From Candidatus Altiarchaeota archaeon (lineage in GTDB: Archaea; Altiarchaeota; Altiarchaeia; IMC4; SCGC-AAA252-I15), in contig JBDRLL010000001.1 in NCBI GenBank assembly GCA_043813075.1, positions 1 to 50,342 of the forward strand: a DNA stretch of 50,342 nt, in the 5' to 3' direction. The position numbers were made by a program, and so were the translations under genes. The notes under the pieces were generated by a model. It searched no databases and was not told the DNA's origin. It was given only the letters and a program-made list of their open reading frames with translations. Position 1 is the first letter of the stretch. Every line of letters begins with the position of its first letter. Below, one piece after another: positions 28,851 to 37,145 of the stretch.

Positions 28851-29500
28851 AGGACAAGACCCTCCGGATGATATGGTATGCGCTGCTCATAATTGCGGTG
28901 GTCTATTCTGTCGGATACCGCGTGAACAAAACGTTCATAAACACCACCTACGAGACCGCCAGCATAATACTCTTGGCTGGGGGATTCATACTATGGTTCA
29001 AGAAGGATTGGGCTTCCAATGCGAAGCCCCTTTACTACCTCCTTTTCCTGCCAATGTGGCTTATGCCACTGCTAAGATGCAGGTTCAGGATACCTTACCT
29101 CTTCTGCCACCTGTGCCCTGGCAGATGCGCTTGGGGCATGTACAGGAACACGCTGATACCATTATATCTGCTGATGAACGTTGAAAACAGGTTCTGGTGC
29201 TGGAACCTATGCCCCCTCGGCCAGCTGCAGGATGAGGCGCCGAGGAAAAAGACGGTCAGGATACCGAGAGCACTGACGTACGTACGCTTTGGGATACTAG
29301 CATTCGCGTTATACGCGATATACAATATCATATCGTACACATACCAGGTCGCATACACGTACTCCATAATATCCATAATCGTGGTCGCGATAATGCTCTT
29401 CTCATCCAGATACGCGCACCGACCCTTCTGCAACACAATATGCCCGATAGGAGCTGCAGGCGACATCACGTTATGGGCCAGGAAAAAGGCGGGAATCTAG
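28847..29500 (+). CDS. Membrane 4Fe-4S-binding protein (NapH/MauN-type CxxxCP motifs)
   Basis: FCHLCP, RFWCWNLCPLG, RPFCNTICPIG and multiple TM helices. Confidence 0.8.
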   Translation: MKDKTLRMIWYALLIIAVVYSVGYRVNKTFINTTYETASIILLAGGFILWFKKDWASNAKPLYYLLFLPMWLMPLLRCRFRIPYLFCHLCPGRCAWGMYRNTLIPLYLLMNVENRFWCWNLCPLGQLQDEAPRKKTVRIPRALTYVRFGILAFALYAIYNIISYTYQVAYTYSIISIIVVAIMLFSSRYAHRPFCNTICPIGAAGDITLWARKKAGI

Positions 29501-29550
29501 GTTGGGGGAGGTATATAATCATCCAATCCAATGATGATTAGGGTGGGGTC

Positions 29551-31338
29551 ATGGAATCTGACTTGGATGGCATCGGAGTCAAGGAGATAGGGAAATTCAA
29601 CCGCCAGGTCAAGGATACCGTAGGCGACCTGTCTTCAGGCAAGGCGTCTAAACACGACATCTACAGCGAACTGTCGATAGAGCTTGACGGGATATCAGAG
29701 CTGACAAGAATAAACCCTAACAAATTCCTGAATCTGATAAAGAAGTCCGTGCCAGACTATGACAGCATAGTGGAATCCTACCGTAAGAAGGTGTTTGAAC
29801 TCACCGACTCGTCCACCAGCGAGACGATACTCGACTCCATAGTCGAGAACATGATAAGCCTGAACCTGCTGAAAAGCCACATATTCGAGGCAGGAGGCTT
29901 TGAGAAGGCCCTTGACCACATAGCAGAGAAATACGGCGCAACCAAGCGGGAGCTTGTGGTAGACACTGCGGGGGAGCAGTTGACTGTAGCACGCATACAG
30001 GAGAGGCATGAGGTTAAGGAGGCCTCCAGGATAATCACATCCTTCTACGGCCCGAAGGTGGCTGAGGAATTGTATTCCATATTCATGATATCCAAGGTTG
30101 GGAGGCTCCTCGCGGTGAAGGATTCTTTCGGGAAGATATTGGGGGTAATACAGATACTATACGACAAGTGGGGGGACTCGTACATACACGCCTACTGTGT
30201 CCTCAAGAACTATAGGGGATTCGGCGTCGGATCCATGCTGTTGGATGCTGTGGAACAGCATGCGAAGGGTGGGAGGATATGGGCCACCAGGCACCCTGAC
30301 ATGGTTTATTCTATCCGCAACTTCCTGAGCAGGGGATACGCAGGCAAGGCGTTCATCAGGGACTACTGGAAGGAGGGCTCCCCGAGGATAGTCTTCGAGA
30401 AGGACTTGGGAAATCCTCTCCCGCCACTCGGTTTCAGGCAGAAGATGATACCCTATCTCGAGAAGCTCGACCCTAGCGTTGAAGCCTTCACAACGACGCT
30501 GGACAACAACGAGCTCATGGAGCAAGCCCTTAACAGCGGGGGTTATGAGGTTATAGGATTGTACTCCTCCAAGAAGAGCGCTTCCAACATACTAGACTAC
30601 TGGGTGCTTAGGAAGAGCGAGTCAAGCAGCTTCTTCTTATCGAGGGAGTACGATAAGAAACTGCCGGACGTCGGATTCGGAGGCCTTAAGCAGGTACTGA
30701 TTGAGGACTATGAGAGCATAAGCGAGGTTATAGGATTGGAGGATGCTGCGGGGATTGACCCTAGCGAGGACTATGGCACTTTTAAGATGCTCACCTTGGC
30801 GGGCATGCTCGTGGGGTTCCGTGACAGCGGCGGGAATCTGGTGGCGTCAACAGGCCTGGTATGGGATGGGGAGGGGGGAATATTCTGTCATGCGCTCAAC
30901 TCGTTCGTTGGCGAAAGGACGGAGCTTAACACGATAATGCTGAGATACGTGTCAGAGTCATTGTGTGGGGGGAAATCCGGGAAGGTCTACACCATAGCCC
31001 CTATCGAGGACATGGGTTTTCTAAAGTCGGTCATCAACGGTGAAGGATTCTCAGGCACTATGGAATTCCTCAATCCCTACGACAACGGGCATAACTACTT
31101 GATGATAGAGAAGAGGATACCGCCGGAAGGTGCTGTGGCCGCCGACCCTGCTGGAGCGCCTTTCCTCAAGAGTTTCATGAACTTCAGCAAGTCAGACAAA
31201 AGGGTCCTCGTGTCATCCAGGAACTACAGCCTGACCGCGCTCATACTTAAGGAAGGCTACGTGATAACATCAGTAGTCAGTCCTGAGAAGGTCCCGGGGG
31301 TGGGGGTTAACGAAGACTTGTTCCTGATGTCCAGGTAG
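29551..31338 (+). CDS. GNAT-family N-acetyltransferase with a duplicated GNAT unit
   Basis: Motif A YRGFGVGSMLL. A second degenerate unit parallels the first (RDSGGNLV..LVWD..G..FCHA vs KDSFGKIL..ILYD..G..YIHA). Confidence 0.75.
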   Translation: MESDLDGIGVKEIGKFNRQVKDTVGDLSSGKASKHDIYSELSIELDGISELTRINPNKFLNLIKKSVPDYDSIVESYRKKVFELTDSSTSETILDSIVENMISLNLLKSHIFEAGGFEKALDHIAEKYGATKRELVVDTAGEQLTVARIQERHEVKEASRIITSFYGPKVAEELYSIFMISKVGRLLAVKDSFGKILGVIQILYDKWGDSYIHAYCVLKNYRGFGVGSMLLDAVEQHAKGGRIWATRHPDMVYSIRNFLSRGYAGKAFIRDYWKEGSPRIVFEKDLGNPLPPLGFRQKMIPYLEKLDPSVEAFTTTLDNNELMEQALNSGGYEVIGLYSSKKSASNILDYWVLRKSESSSFFLSREYDKKLPDVGFGGLKQVLIEDYESISEVIGLEDAAGIDPSEDYGTFKMLTLAGMLVGFRDSGGNLVASTGLVWDGEGGIFCHALNSFVGERTELNTIMLRYVSESLCGGKSGKVYTIAPIEDMGFLKSVINGEGFSGTMEFLNPYDNGHNYLMIEKRIPPEGAVAADPAGAPFLKSFMNFSKSDKRVLVSSRNYSLTALILKEGYVITSVVSPEKVPGVGVNEDLFLMSR

Positions 31339-31369
31339 GCATTTAGTCTAGTACTGGGGAATATTAACA

Positions 31370-32317
31370 ATGGATTCCCTCAGAAGCAGGCGTGGTATAG
31401 GGGCTGAAGCCCACCATCCGAGAGAACCCCTGCTACTGCCCTTCACACCTAAAAAACTTGATGAACACGAGATAGAGGACAAGACTGGGAAGGTCTTACA
31501 CAGCATAAACAGCCGCTCCCTTAGGCGTAGGCCGCGCTCTGGAGACGATGATGCCAGGCAGATGGTTGATGCTAACAACAGGGAGGTTAGGAGGATTGTG
31601 GGGGAGCAGCTGGCGAAACCCCCTGACGAGAGGAGGATCAGGGTCATGTTCATGTGGGGCGGCTTCAAGGAATACGGCAACGGCACGGGAGACAGGCACG
31701 ACGAGGATGTGGTAAGACACTTGAAGGCTACGATGGACGGGTTGTCGAAGGAGAGTGGCGTGCCTTTTGAAGGCACAATACTGTTCTGCGACATCCACTC
31801 GAGGATAAACGGCCATCCGATAGAGGAGTCGATGGCCTACAGGAACGGGGCTACTGGCATCGAGGCGTTGGCCAGGGAGAATGGACTCGGATTCCAGCCC
31901 ATCAGCGAGGTATACATGCGCTCTTTTTGGGGTGATGGTGAGGGAGAGTTCGACAGGATAATGCGGGAGGGTGTTGTGACTGGGGTTAAGGACTTCGAAA
32001 GGTTCGTTGAGTTGGCTATGCGCCCTGGCGAGAACCAGGAAGTCGAGCCGCTAGTTTCGTCTGCCAGAAAGCATTCTGAGTTCGTGAGGAACTCTGACGC
32101 GATGGGGTTGGGTGAGAAGTCTGCTGGCACGTATTACGCGTGGCGGAAGTTCGAGTCGGAACTGCTTTCAAAACGCTTTCCTGACAGCATATTCGTGTCA
32201 TTCTCTTCGCCGACGAGCCTGGAGATACACCCTAAGCCCACATTATACTGGTGGGCCCTGCATGGTGGTGACGGCACCGTGCCCTGGTTCCAGCCTCCGC
32301 GGGAGAGGCAGGGATAA
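31370..32317 (+). CDS. Hypothetical protein, possibly Dit1/PvcA- or CDPS-like Rossmannoid fold
   Basis: IRVMFMWGGFK...TILFCDIHSRING...YY..R.FE...FPDSIFVSF...PWF. The ORF is solid; the family call is recollection and inference. Confidence 0.5.
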   Translation: MDSLRSRRGIGAEAHHPREPLLLPFTPKKLDEHEIEDKTGKVLHSINSRSLRRRPRSGDDDARQMVDANNREVRRIVGEQLAKPPDERRIRVMFMWGGFKEYGNGTGDRHDEDVVRHLKATMDGLSKESGVPFEGTILFCDIHSRINGHPIEESMAYRNGATGIEALARENGLGFQPISEVYMRSFWGDGEGEFDRIMREGVVTGVKDFERFVELAMRPGENQEVEPLVSSARKHSEFVRNSDAMGLGEKSAGTYYAWRKFESELLSKRFPDSIFVSFSSPTSLEIHPKPTLYWWALHGGDGTVPWFQPPRERQG

Positions 32318-32358
32318 ACTTTATTTATATCTTAGCTACCAGAATACTACTCCAGACC

Positions 32359-33372
32359 ATGAAAATCCAGCAGATAATCGATACGGGAATCGTGGACCAA
32401 CTGTATGAGGAAGGCCACCGTTACTCACACTACGGCTCGTACCAACGTAAGGTCCATGGGATGAAGATATGCAAGGTCCCGTTGAACGCGAATTTCACAT
32501 GCCCGAACTGGGATGGCAGGCTCGCGGAGTCTGGATGCGACTTCTGCCCGAACTTCGCCCGCCAGTTCACGTACGACAGCTTTCGGACGGTCATGAACAA
32601 GGGTTTCAAGAAGCAGATAGCACACCAGGTCGAACACTATCAGACGATGGGGGCGGGGGATAAGGCCCTCGTGTACATAGCCTTCGGCACCAACACGTAC
32701 GCCCCCCTCGACAAGCTTAGGAGGATATACGATGAGTCCCTGGCCCATGAGGATGTCATAGGCTTGTCCATCGGGACCAGGCCGGACTGCCTGCCGCCGG
32801 AAGTCCTGGACCTGATGGGCGAGTACGTTGAGTCAGGGTACGAGATGTGGGTGGAGGTCGGCCAGCAGACGCCGCACTTCCATACTCTGGAGGGGATAAA
32901 CAGGAGGCATGGTTTCGCTGAAGCGGTTAACGTGGTGGCAGAAGCACACGACAGGGGCATAAGGACCATATTCTTCAACATATTCGGGATGCCTGGGGAA
33001 ACACCATCAGAGATGATTGAGACCGCCAGGATCTATTCCGCGCTAGGCGTTGACGCGGTCAAACTATATCCGCTAATCGTGATGAAGGACACGAAGCTGG
33101 CTGAAGACTACAAGGCCGGGAGATACAAGTCCCTCGGCTTCACAGAGTACGTGAACCTTGTCGTCGACTTCATAGAGCACCTGAGCCCCTACGTCCTAGT
33201 GCAGAGACTATCCAAAGACTGCGGCCTCGAAACCAAGCTCGCGCCATCCTGGAACACGTACCGGCTGATAGTCGGCCCCGCGGTCGAGAAGGAGATGGAG
33301 GAACGCGGGACAAAACAAGGCAGCAAATTCAAGCTGGGGCTGAGTGTTGACGAGCTCACGCCACTAAGGTAG
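32359..33372 (+). CDS. Radical SAM protein, TIGR01212/YhcC family
   Basis: FTCPNWDG....GCDFC (Cx11Cx2C), TNTYA, IGTRPDC, INRRH, VKLYPL. Confidence 0.9.
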   Translation: MKIQQIIDTGIVDQLYEEGHRYSHYGSYQRKVHGMKICKVPLNANFTCPNWDGRLAESGCDFCPNFARQFTYDSFRTVMNKGFKKQIAHQVEHYQTMGAGDKALVYIAFGTNTYAPLDKLRRIYDESLAHEDVIGLSIGTRPDCLPPEVLDLMGEYVESGYEMWVEVGQQTPHFHTLEGINRRHGFAEAVNVVAEAHDRGIRTIFFNIFGMPGETPSEMIETARIYSALGVDAVKLYPLIVMKDTKLAEDYKAGRYKSLGFTEYVNLVVDFIEHLSPYVLVQRLSKDCGLETKLAPSWNTYRLIVGPAVEKEMEERGTKQGSKFKLGLSVDELTPLR

Positions 33373-33404
33373 ATGGATTTATTATAGCCTTCATAATATA
33401 TGCC

Positions 33405-36400
33405 ATGGAGTGGAGATTTTATACGTCACTCTTCCTGACCTTAATCTGCGTATCAGCCCTCACCATCGTCTCCGCGCAACGGATATCAGAGACGACCACA
33501 ACACTCGCCAGGACAACGACCACTATTGCGAGAACAACCACGACACTACAACGCCCAATTAGCACGACGACCACGACACAGTACACCACACTACCTAGGC
33601 AGAGCACCACAACGACTACAACACAGTATACGACACTCTCCAGGCCGAGCACGACGACCACTACGATACTGAGGACTACGACAATAGTGGCTTCAATGAG
33701 CACGACAACCACTGTTGCTTCACGGACTACGACAACTGTTGTTTCGAGGCTTACCACAACCATCCAGTCTAGGGCTACGACCACCATGCCAAAGCAGATT
33801 ACTCCTTCCCCGATTCCTCCCACTGTTCCAGCTACAATCCCGTCTAAAACTTCTTTGAAGACGCTTACCACCCAGCCTTTCAAGGGCGGTCCTGGGATTG
33901 TTTTGCCGTCGAAGACTGACGTCGACGAGGATGGAGTGATAGACCTCATAGACAACTGTCCGGGAGTCTTCAACCCTGATCAACTTGACTTGGACGGCGA
34001 CCTTGTGGGCGAGTTATGCGACAACTGCCCGAGCAGTATTAACGTGACCATAATATCGAACTTGGGTTCCACTACTGGCGTGATAGACTGCAGTGAATGC
34101 GGTAATGCCTGGAAGCAGGTGCAGTACAGTTTCTACTGCACATACGGGTGCCAGGAGACGACCTTCAACCCCAGTCAAGGGGATTCTGACGGTGATGGGG
34201 TGGGAGACCAGTGTGACGTATGTGAGGGCACCGCCCAGGGTATTGGTGTAAACCAGTACGGGTGTGCGAACTGCAGTGACTCCGACATGGTCCTGGAATA
34301 CCATGTGAAGGGGCACGTCTCCACGAATATGGGGATGATGTATGTCGTGGGGAACGAGGACTACTGCACGAATCAGGGGCTTCTGGTAGAATACTATTGC
34401 GGGGTAGACCAGTCGGTGAAGAACCAGACCTACGACTGCGAGTGGGAGGGTAAGATATGTTCCGACGGCAAGTGCTGTGTTGACTGGGACAAGGACGGTT
34501 CCTGCAACCAGGACGACAACTGCCCTGAAGACGCAAATCCCCTGCAGGAGGACGATGACAATGACTATGTGGGTGACGGGTGCGACAACTGCCCGCAAGA
34601 CTGGAATACCTGGCAGTATGACTTCGACTTTGACGGTGTGGGAGACCCGTGCGACAACTGCATGAAAGTTAAGAACGCCAACCAGGAGGATGGGGACGGT
34701 GATGGGGCGGGAGACCTGTGCGACAACTGCATTAGCGATTCAAATGCGAATCAGACTGACGTGGACGGTGACGGGATAGGCGACGCCTGCGACAACTGCC
34801 CGCAGGACTATGACCCCTCCCAGACAGACACTGACGCAGACGGTGTTGAGGATGCTTGCGACAACTGCCCTTTCCAGTCGAACCCTGGTCAGGAGGATGA
34901 TGATGGAGATGGTGTCGGCAACGTATGCAAGCCTGTTGAGGGGGACATTAACGTGGTGTCTGTCGACGCGGTCCAAGTCATATACGACGTGCCGTTGGTT
35001 GAAGGCAAGAACACTGTATTTAGGGTTCACGTATTGTCTTCATTCCCAACGCCGGTGAACGTGAGCCTAACACTAGACCTTCCGGCAGGCCAGTGGGACC
35101 TTCCGGACGAAGTCTTCAACGGTGACAGCAAGACTTTTGAGGTGGAAGTGCACCATGGGATGAACAGGATTTTCCTCCCAACCAAGGAGTACGCGCCATT
35201 CGACGAGTCTAAGAACGAGGAGGGTTTCAAGCAGGGGGAGGATGCTGGAGACTGGTACTCTTACGCTAACCCCTACGTCTTCTATCCTGAAGTAAGGCTA
35301 CTGCCAAGGCCCAAGAGCAGTAAAGTGCAGTTCTCGGTTTCAGCCGAGCTTATGCCTGGAATATGGGAGGAGTATGGTGCAATACCCATCGAGGATGTTA
35401 ACGACGCTAACGACCAGCGGGAGTCCGTTGAGTATGACGTAGTCAGGACTAGGAGGTGGGATTTCCTGGTCACTAACGCCAAGGTGATCAATGATGACGG
35501 CACTGAATGTGAGCCGCCCACTGCCACCGTAGAGGATCTTGAGGACTTTGAGAAGATGATTAGAAAGCAGCTTGGGTACGCGCTAGGCACTTTCCCGATT
35601 GCTGATGATAAAATCTCGTTCTCATTGGCGCAGGTGGGGGCCGTATACGACAAGGGAGGTGGTGAGAGCAGGGGCCACTTCCTGGGGGAGATAGCTGATG
35701 CGGCAGTCGACAACGGATACGACTTCGGCATAGTCTTGTTGTGCGGCGGCGGTGGGGGCGGCGCCTCAGGGAAAACAAAGGCAGTGTTGTTTTCAGCTAG
35801 CGATAGCTACTCGATCCTGGCGCATGAATTCAATCATGCGGTAACTGGGATGAGCGACTTCTACACTTTGGACTGCTTCCACGGTTGGAATGAGGCCTAC
35901 TGCGAGCTGGATGGGGATACAAGGATAAACTGCTGTTACACCAACTCTGAGGATAAGAATGCGCCATACTGCACGCAGGACTTTGATGGGCCGGAAGAGG
36001 TGTACATAAAACAGTCTAACGGAGAGCTGGCATATGTGGGCACATACATAGACGTCCCGCCGATTGAATGCTGGGGTAGTTTCAAGAAGCACGGTAGCGG
36101 TGGCGTATGCGACCATTATATCGGCTCCAGCAAGGACTACAGTAGCGGTGAGATGAAGGAGTATTGTGAAAACGTTACGGACTGTGATGGCCAAGGGGGT
36201 AAACTGTATTCAGGATGGTCTGACACAAGGGCCATTCACCCGACGCCGAGCGGCTTCTGGACAAACAAGTGGGTGGAGATTGACTCTGACGAGGAGTTAT
36301 TCAGGTACTTTATGGATGGTGGTACGAGCACTAGCGTACAGCCGAAGTATTGGATGGTGAGGGAGAATACCGTCAAGCATTGCACAGGGGAGGTGTTCAA

Positions 36401-37145
36401 CGATGGATACCTGAACCTTCTGGAACTATTTGAGGATCCGGACGACCCTGAGATATTGTCGGTAAGGGGGTATGTGAACAAGGATGGGACTGCGAAGTTC
36501 GACAGGTTTAAATACTTGGGCAATGGAACGACCAGTTGGGACCTTAAGGAAAAGGGGGCCTATTACATAGTCCTTCTTGACTCTGAGGGAGGGATTCTCG
36601 GGAAGTACGGCTTCACACCGTTTTTCTACCAGTCAGAGCCTGAGGGGGGCGAGGTTAAGACCACTTACTTCAACTTTAATGTGGAGTGGAATCCTGACGC
36701 ACGGAGAATCGAGTTGAGGAATGATCATGACAAGACTGTCGCCGTTAAGCTGGTTTCAGAGAACAAGCCGGAAGTCACTGTAGGAACAGTAAAGAGTAGA
36801 GTTAGTCCTGGCGAGAAGGCTGTTATAAGCTGGAGGGGGTCTGACGATGACGATGACATGCTGACATACTCTTTGTCCATAAGCTCTGATGGAAAAAGGT
36901 GGGTTCCATTAGCCTCCAACACGGTTGAGACTTTGTATGAACTGGATACAAGGGGCTTGGCTGCCGGAGACTATTTGATGCGCGTAATCGCCACTGACGG
37001 CGCCAACAGTGTTGAGGAGATAGTGAATCTAAAGGTTGAGGAGAAGATGCCAAAGCAGGATGTCGAAGAGAAGGTAGTGCCAGATGAGAATGGTCTTTTA
37101 TCAGGTATCATAGAATTCTTGAAGTCTGTCCTGGGGTTGGCTTAG
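33405..37145 (+). CDS. Secreted multidomain zinc metalloprotease-like protein with thrombospondin type 3 repeats
   Basis: Signal peptide, Thr-rich N-terminus, DxDGDGxGDxCDNCP repeats, AHEFNH (35823-35837), Ig/Fn3-like C-terminus. Confidence 0.85.
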   Translation: MEWRFYTSLFLTLICVSALTIVSAQRISETTTTLARTTTTIARTTTTLQRPISTTTTTQYTTLPRQSTTTTTTQYTTLSRPSTTTTTILRTTTIVASMSTTTTVASRTTTTVVSRLTTTIQSRATTTMPKQITPSPIPPTVPATIPSKTSLKTLTTQPFKGGPGIVLPSKTDVDEDGVIDLIDNCPGVFNPDQLDLDGDLVGELCDNCPSSINVTIISNLGSTTGVIDCSECGNAWKQVQYSFYCTYGCQETTFNPSQGDSDGDGVGDQCDVCEGTAQGIGVNQYGCANCSDSDMVLEYHVKGHVSTNMGMMYVVGNEDYCTNQGLLVEYYCGVDQSVKNQTYDCEWEGKICSDGKCCVDWDKDGSCNQDDNCPEDANPLQEDDDNDYVGDGCDNCPQDWNTWQYDFDFDGVGDPCDNCMKVKNANQEDGDGDGAGDLCDNCISDSNANQTDVDGDGIGDACDNCPQDYDPSQTDTDADGVEDACDNCPFQSNPGQEDDDGDGVGNVCKPVEGDINVVSVDAVQVIYDVPLVEGKNTVFRVHVLSSFPTPVNVSLTLDLPAGQWDLPDEVFNGDSKTFEVEVHHGMNRIFLPTKEYAPFDESKNEEGFKQGEDAGDWYSYANPYVFYPEVRLLPRPKSSKVQFSVSAELMPGIWEEYGAIPIEDVNDANDQRESVEYDVVRTRRWDFLVTNAKVINDDGTECEPPTATVEDLEDFEKMIRKQLGYALGTFPIADDKISFSLAQVGAVYDKGGGESRGHFLGEIADAAVDNGYDFGIVLLCGGGGGGASGKTKAVLFSASDSYSILAHEFNHAVTGMSDFYTLDCFHGWNEAYCELDGDTRINCCYTNSEDKNAPYCTQDFDGPEEVYIKQSNGELAYVGTYIDVPPIECWGSFKKHGSGGVCDHYIGSSKDYSSGEMKEYCENVTDCDGQGGKLYSGWSDTRAIHPTPSGFWTNKWVEIDSDEELFRYFMDGGTSTSVQPKYWMVRENTVKHCTGEVFNDGYLNLLELFEDPDDPEILSVRGYVNKDGTAKFDRFKYLGNGTTSWDLKEKGAYYIVLLDSEGGILGKYGFTPFFYQSEPEGGEVKTTYFNFNVEWNPDARRIELRNDHDKTVAVKLVSENKPEVTVGTVKSRVSPGEKAVISWRGSDDDDDMLTYSLSISSDGKRWVPLASNTVETLYELDTRGLAAGDYLMRVIATDGANSVEEIVNLKVEEKMPKQDVEEKVVPDENGLLSGIIEFLKSVLGLA
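33490..33850 (+). repeat. Thr-rich mucin-like low-complexity repeats
   Basis: TTTTLARTTTTIARTTTT and STTTTTTQYTTL x2. Confidence 0.85.
34480..34930 (+). repeat. Tandem thrombospondin type 3 Ca-binding repeats
   Basis: Consecutive DNCP..xN.xQ.D.D.DG.GD.C units. Confidence 0.9.
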
